DNA from: Eledone cirrhosa
Lineage: Eukaryota
Direction: 5' to 3'
Length of the DNA: 64,000 bases
Assembly (NCBI GenBank): GCA_964016885.1
Contig: OZ024743.1
Location: 34,162,001-34,226,000, forward strand
Below are positions 56,838 through 64,000 of the stretch, in pieces; position 1 is the first letter of the stretch; each line of letters opens with the position of its first letter. The notes under the pieces were generated by a model that did no database searches, had not been told where the DNA came from, and worked only from the letters and a program-made list of their open reading frames with translations. The position numbers and the translations under genes are program-made.

Positions 56838-57203
56838 CATAAGTGCATCGAACTAGGCAAACAGTTTGAGTTAGTATGTTGAACTTTCCCACTCACTCAA
56901 TGAATTCTCGGGACTTGCACTTCTGGAGCGCCAGTCCGTGATTCAGAGCGCACAGATTTAGTTATTAGTGGTAAGTTCGGGATTATGTGCGGGTGTATAT
57001 ATAAATATATATGTATATATAAATATACGGATGAGCCCACAGCACGGTACGAAGGTAACCTAAGCGCAGCAGCAACGAACTTCCTCTTACACCAATAGCC
57101 AGTCAACACAGGCTGGGGATAGGTGTAGCAACAAGGGCGGTGCGCCCCAGCATGGCCTCAGCCTGGTGGTTGGAACAGGTAAAAGAGTAAAAGAGTATAT
57201 ATA

Positions 57204-57239
<36 letters not shown>

Positions 57240-57251
57240 TGTATGTATGTA

Positions 57252-57300
<49 letters not shown>

Positions 57301-58125
57301 TTATATATATGTTTATGTTAAAATTATTATTTCAATCATCTTGGCATCTGGTTGTGCATGCACAATAATATAAAAAATATAACGGAAATTGGGGACCACA
57401 TCTGGATAACAGTCTGTGCGCAGACTCGAACTCACGTCATTTTTTTTTTATCACTTACTTGAAGAAGTGTGTACATGTGATTAAGTTGCAAGACTGAATT
57501 TTCTATGATGTATGTGGTTAAAGAAGAAGTGTTTCTTTACGAACGTCCATAGAAATTCTCACCTAAATTAGTGTTGTAGTAAAGAATTATAACATTTAGC
57601 TACCGATGTCAAGGTGTCAAGTTTACATTTAATATTATAACTCAGCTTTAGCTTTGACATCATCGAAGCACAAACAATCTGGTTTGTATTGCCAAATTTT
57701 CCTTACATATGAATTAATGTGTGGTGGACGCATCCATATATCAGAGACACATACACACACACACATAGACACAGATGCGTATGCACGTACACATGTGGAA
57801 AATGTGACTATAAAATCAGTTTTTCGTTGTTTATTAGTCGTTTATATTTTGTATTAGAATAAAACGAAGTGTGAACTCAGAACACAAAGAGCTGGAACAT
57901 ATACCACCAGAAATCTCGTCCGACACTACAACAGTTTTGCCTTTGACTGGTACTATATTTTCCCGGCCGTGCAAGGATGAAAGGCAAAGTTGACTTCAAC
58001 TGGATTTCAACTTAGAGCGCAAACAACTGGAACGAATTCTGCAAAATATTTTGAACTGCCCTCTAATGACTCTGCCAATTCGTTGCCTGTATATACATGC
58101 AAACATGCTTAAATCCATTTATGTT

Positions 58126-58205
<80 letters not shown>

Positions 58206-58728
58206 GATGTGTGTATGTATATACACACATCCATACATATACACATGTATGTGTATATGTATGTATGTATATAAGTATGTATGAAGGCATATATGTATGT
58301 ATAAAGGTATGTATGTATGTATGTATGTATGTATGTGAATGGATACATGCATGTATACACTCACGATACACATATACAAATGCGTTGTGTGTGGGTTTCT
58401 ATGTCTATATGTGTATGGATGTTTGTATATTTATAAATATATCAAGTTGATTGCAATTTTATATGGAAGTTATGTGAGGAAAAATAATTTCAACTCGTAT
58501 CAACACCAAATCTTCTATCGTTGTCTTGTACGTTAAATTCTAAGAATTTTGCGATGCACAAAACAAAACGAGGGCAGTTTGCCAAGAACAGTTGAAGTAA
58601 TTAAAGGAATTGGAAAACAAGGTGCAGCTGAATGCAACTGGTAAATAGAGTTACGGGCAATCTCTAGACGGCGCCTAAACTCAATCGAAAAATAGCAAAT
58701 TTCACTTTAAAGCGATTAGGTAGTTCAT

Positions 58729-58797
<69 letters not shown>

Positions 58798-59352
58798 GAA
58801 AGAAGGTGCGGATGTTTTCATCCAGTTCTCAATATTAGAGAAACGCCCATTTTCGGTAAGTTAAAAAAAAATATATATATATATAGATTTTAAAATATTG
58901 AGTAATGAAAGATCTTTTTATGTTTACATCCAGACAACCTTTCGATTGGTTTGATCTCCGATCGTTGTATTCCTATATTGGTACAGTGGAAACTCACATA
59001 AAAAGAAGGGATGTGTATATATAATCCTTACTAATAACTCAGTTAATTACCTCAATGCTTACTAAAGCTCAATGTTGACGCAAACTCAACATGGATACCT
59101 TTATTGGTAGAAAAATATATTAACCTAAACATGTAAATTTAGCTGTAGAAATTCCCGTGGTTTAGTGTTTAAAGCGCTTGATTTAGATATGGCTCAATCC
59201 AATCTATGTACAAATTTAGGGTTAAGAATCTCGATGACAACTTGACGGTCGAAACTAGTGTAAATATTTTAGAAAATAATATTTTTATTTAACAACAATT
59301 GAATTTTGTTTTGGTTCTATTGAAAGACCAGTTTCCTTCATTATTATTTATG

Positions 59353-59606
59353 GTTAACTTTGCCTTTCATCCTTACGGGGTCGATAAAATAAAGTACCAG
59401 TAATACACTGGAATAATTGCTGGCCTTGTGCCAAAAGTAGAAACAATTATCGGTAGAGCGTCGGACAGCATGCTTATCAGCATAGAGTTATGGCCTTTCA
59501 TCCTTGCGGAGTCGATAAAATAAAGTACCAGTCACGCACTGAGGTCGAATTAATCGACTTTCCTCTTCCCTAAAATTGTTGACCTTGTGCCTAAAGTAGA
59601 AACAAT
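59353..59606 (+). mobile_element. two tandem S1 SINE pieces
   Basis: Young 3' half at 59353-59447, followed by an older copy at ~59450-59606. Confidence 0.8.
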
Positions 59607-60184
59607 TATTATTTATTTTTTGTGATTATGCAAGAAATAATATTACTGCATTATTTCACTAGCCTGGATCGTGTTAGTTTTATTTGAGATTTGTAGCTTG
59701 TGTAGGCTGTCATATCACCAATATATTGTCCAGATCCTTGTTTCAGTGCCGGATTAAACTCGTATCAAATATAACATATGCTACGGGCCTCGTAGTTTCA
59801 GGGAGCTTATTCTAAATGCTTTATACTATATTACTATATTGACTTTAGCATTCATGAACGACTGACCCCGTACAGTCAAGCTCCTCTGTAAGATCGGAAC
59901 GTCGGTGGCCCATCTGAGGAGGGAGCCCCGCGAGGAGGGGCGGCTGTTGCAACTGGTATTACTGGTCCGCGGGAATGCTTTTGCGTTATTGTTCGCGGGG
60001 TGCAGCCCTTCCACTGCCGCGCCCTAGGCGTGTCATCTAGGCGTGTCCCCTCGGCGTGATTCTTTCATCTAGTATACTTAACTTCTGAATGTTTATTTTT
60101 TATAATCAGATAAACGGAAAATACATATGTGTATGTGTGTGTGCGTGTGTATTTTTATATGAACACACACACACACACACACAT

Positions 60185-60225
<41 letters not shown>

Positions 60226-60626
60226 CTAACAACATTTGATTGATGCTATTTTCTAACCTGAACCTTGTTTTGAGGTCCCTAACCGAGATATCAATGCAAG
60301 TATGGCTCCCGATGTTTACATTACGCATGAATTATGAGTGTAGGTGTGTTAGGAAGGTTAGCCAGGAATAAAGGGTGTATATTGTTAGAATTGAGAGTGA
60401 GGAGGTGTTTAGAGTATAGATGGAAGAGCATAGGAAAAATAATCGAAACTTAACATCCAACCATATTAGAGTGACGTAGCAGAACAAGTCTCTGTAGACC
60501 TCGTTCTGCCGAAGCAGTATTAGTGTTTACATTTGTCCAAAGGGTGGTGGTTATATGTGCATATGTATATGTGTGTGTGGGTGTGCGTCACCCCGCTCTC
60601 TCTCAGTATATATATATAAATATGTA

Positions 60627-60680
<54 letters not shown>

Positions 60681-60755
60681 TACATATTTATATACATTTA
60701 TAAAAGGCGGTGGCTCAGCATTGCCTCAGCCAGTCAGCTGGAACATGTAAAAGAG

Positions 60756-60792
<37 letters not shown>

Positions 60793-60813
60793 ATGTATGT
60801 ATATATATATATA

Positions 60814-60927
<114 letters not shown>

Positions 60928-61810
60928 GGTCTGTGTGTGTGTGTACCTCCACCAACATCAAAACATCTTGGCAGATATTTGTAGACATTATTACAAATAT
61001 ATGTGGAAAGTGTGAAAACATACCCCATCAAGATCTGTGAACAAAACTAAGTGCATAATCCCTAGAAATAGAAAAACTATAATTAGAAAAATAATAAGAA
61101 TTAAGAAAAAATTCAACCAACTATAATACTGCCAGCAGCAACACACCCATTCGACTGTTATTGCATTGCTAGAATTAAAAAATATAACCTTCAAAACTGC
61201 ATGATAACCATCATCAATAACCAAAGTAAAGCTGGGGTGGAGTGGGCCATTGAGAAAATCAAACTGAATCTCAGTCTTCTATCCATATGCCAAAAAATAC
61301 AACGTCGCTGTCTCCACTGTTGGCTGTCTGTCTGTTGAAAATAACATATCTTGATTAATATCTCAAATGCCACCGTAAGCGCTATATCATTTGTATGGCA
61401 TGGAAAATATTGTATCAACATTGCCCAGTATTGGCATCAGCTTTTATATCCACCCCAAAGTACACCCTGTGCAATCCGTCCATTACAAGAATCGAGCTCG
61501 TATCGCATAACAACATAACGACACAAATATTTCACCTCAACTGGTCATTCTCCGTTAGTATCACATCAGAATACATCAAAATAAAAAAAGATTCCATGAA
61601 ATCAAAGATATCCCTGAAAAAATTCTTCAAAACAGTTCCGGATGCTCTCCTTAAACTTGGAGATGTATCCGAATAAATAACACTTTTCTAGAGTTGACCT
61701 TGCTGCCCATATCAAGACAGAGGTGTGAATTATGATCTGAAAGATTTTGCCTGGTGGTGCTATAAAGTTAGACATAGCCTGGGCCAATACTGACCAAAAC
61801 CTATCAGAGT

Positions 61811-61953
<143 letters not shown>

Positions 61954-62079
61954 ATGTGTGGGTGTTTGTGTGTTATGTATTTCCGTAGAAAAGGTAAAGG
62001 AAAGAAGAGAGCTCCATGTATAGTATAGAGCTATTTTATTACATAATAAACAACACAATATATTGTGTTGTTTATTATG

Positions 62080-62113
<34 letters not shown>

Positions 62114-62119
62114 CTGTAT

Positions 62120-62237
62120 ATAGGAGAATGTTCAGGACCCCAAGTGGGATCCTGAACATTTTCCTATTACCCACTCTACTACCCAAAGTATCGAGTACTC
62201 TGGTGCGTTATGGTCCACCTGGTCCCTCACCACACTC

Positions 62238-62242
<5 letters not shown>
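62120..62242 (+). mobile_element. family B copy with terminal hairpin
   Basis: Reverse-complement homolog of 4983-5070. Hairpin ataggagaatgttcagga / tcctgaacattttcctat. Confidence 0.65.
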
Positions 62243-62295
<53 letters not shown>

Positions 62296-62439
62296 TTCCT
62301 GATGATTTCTTTCGAATGAAACAGTTTTAGTCCTGTAGAAACTATTTCTATATTAAATTTGATGTTTACTAATGTACTGAGTACATTACTTACTGTGGTT
62401 AGCCCCCGATTGAACCCGTGACGCACACACACACACACA

Positions 62440-62515
<76 letters not shown>

Positions 62516-63068
62516 CTAGCAGTAGTACCCGGCGTTGCATGGGATAAGGTATTGTGAAATATATAACCGCCTTAGCTAAGCTTAGTATTGCCACAACCAC
62601 GGCTGGCAAAGAAGTAAGGGTCTGGTGGTACGTAAGTAAGTGACACTGTGGCTTAAAACGTGAGGAAGAAGTTGTGTGCACTTACCACCTGTTTGGGGAA
62701 TGAGTGTGAGATTTGTCTTGAGCAAGGGTAGCAGAATAACCGGAGGCAGCAGACAGCCAGACATACAGACAGCCAGACATACAGACAGCCAGACGTACAG
62801 ACAGATATTATAAGGGCGCGACGGTATATGTATGTATCTATCTAAAATGAGAAAGACTAAGAATTATAGAGAGAGATCGCTAAATCGCCTAATGCGGTCC
62901 CTAGGACATTGAAAATTTGAAATTGTTTTTGTTCAGAACACTCCCTGAAACATAAGTATTACATGTGTAAAGTTTGAAAACAGTCGGTTGGGTGCTTCTC
63001 TAGTTTTAGGGATTCAAACTCACACACACACACACACTGACAAACATACTCAGTTTTATATATATAGA
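62516..63068 (-). mobile_element. non-autonomous Helitron
   Basis: Minus strand starts TCTATATATATAAAACTG and ends cccatgcaacgccgggtactactgCTAG. Internal 16-bp tandem cagacagccagacata at ~62750-62802. Confidence 0.85.
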
Positions 63069-63139
63069 TATATAGATATACATTTATATATATATATTTA
63101 TATATATGTATACATATATACATATATGCATATATATAT

Positions 63140-63328
<189 letters not shown>

Positions 63329-63339
63329 ATACACATATG

Positions 63340-63370
<31 letters not shown>

Positions 63371-63566
63371 GCATAGCTATGGGTGTGTATGTGTATGTGT
63401 ACAAATAACCATGAACAGCACACAACGTAATTTTCATCGAAGATACAATTGTCATTATTGTCATAGACGATGTTATCGATGCCGCCATCACCATCTCTAT
63501 TGCTTCCTTCACCACTATCTTCCCCGTCACCTCCAGCCCACCATCAACCTCCACTATACAATCACA

Positions 63567-64000
63567 ACCATCACCACCATCATCACGACAGCCAATACCC
63601 TCGCCATCACCACCATCATCACGACAGCCAATACCCTCGCCATCACCACCATCATCACGACAGCCAGTACCCTCACCATCACCACCATCATCACGACAGC
63701 CAATACCCTCACCATCACCACCATCATCACGACAGCCAATACCCTCACCATCACCACCATCATCACGACAGCCAATACCCTCACCATCACCACCATCATC
63801 ACGACAGCCAATACCCTCACCATCACCACCATCATCACGACAGCCAATACCCTCACCATCACCACCATCATCACGACAGCCAATACCCTCGCCATCACCA
63901 CCATCATCACGACAGCCAATACCCTCGCCATCACCACCATCATCACGACAGCCAATACCCTCGCCATCACCACCATCATCACGACAGCCAATACCCTCAC
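63567..64000. repeat. 33-bp minisatellite running off the window end
   Basis: accatcaccaccatcatcacgacagccaataccctc-type units. It accounts for the VVMMV ORF. Confidence 0.93.

Noticed and set aside
60470-60525. Long hairpin with gtgacgt...gaag resembling a hammerhead; similar weak cases at ~7350-7425 (minus), ~29988-30020 and ~59230-59260
   Set aside because: Several catalytic-core mismatches. These may be decayed PLE ribozymes but cannot be supported from single copies.
63554-64000. 148-aa repetitive ORF
   Set aside because: It is a minisatellite with a period divisible by three, with no other evidence of coding.

Overview
This is eukaryotic, AT-rich, extremely microsatellite-dense DNA with no recognisable host protein-coding gene. 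The SINE types and (TA)n/(CA)n density suggest an octopus or other coleoid cephalopod (inference). Nearly all short ORFs in the track are translations of simple repeats. Two systems stand out. (1) At 38.5-49.7 kb, five head-to-tail Tx1/L1-clade LINE copies from about three subfamilies lie on the minus strand, each bounded by (GATA)n. This looks like a GATA-microsatellite-specific retrotransposon repeatedly inserting at one locus. (2) Many short Penelope-like (PLE) termini are embedded in (TA)n tracts. Most form fold-back palindromes and many carry minimal type I hammerhead ribozyme motifs, including U3:A8 core variants and an extended-core variant. The window also holds RTE, R4/Dong-like and CRE-like LINE fragments, two non-autonomous Helitrons, a decayed hAT/Charlie transposase, MITEs, two tRNA-type SINE families and minisatellites. 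All alignments and folds were done by eye, so coordinates may be off by a few bases.
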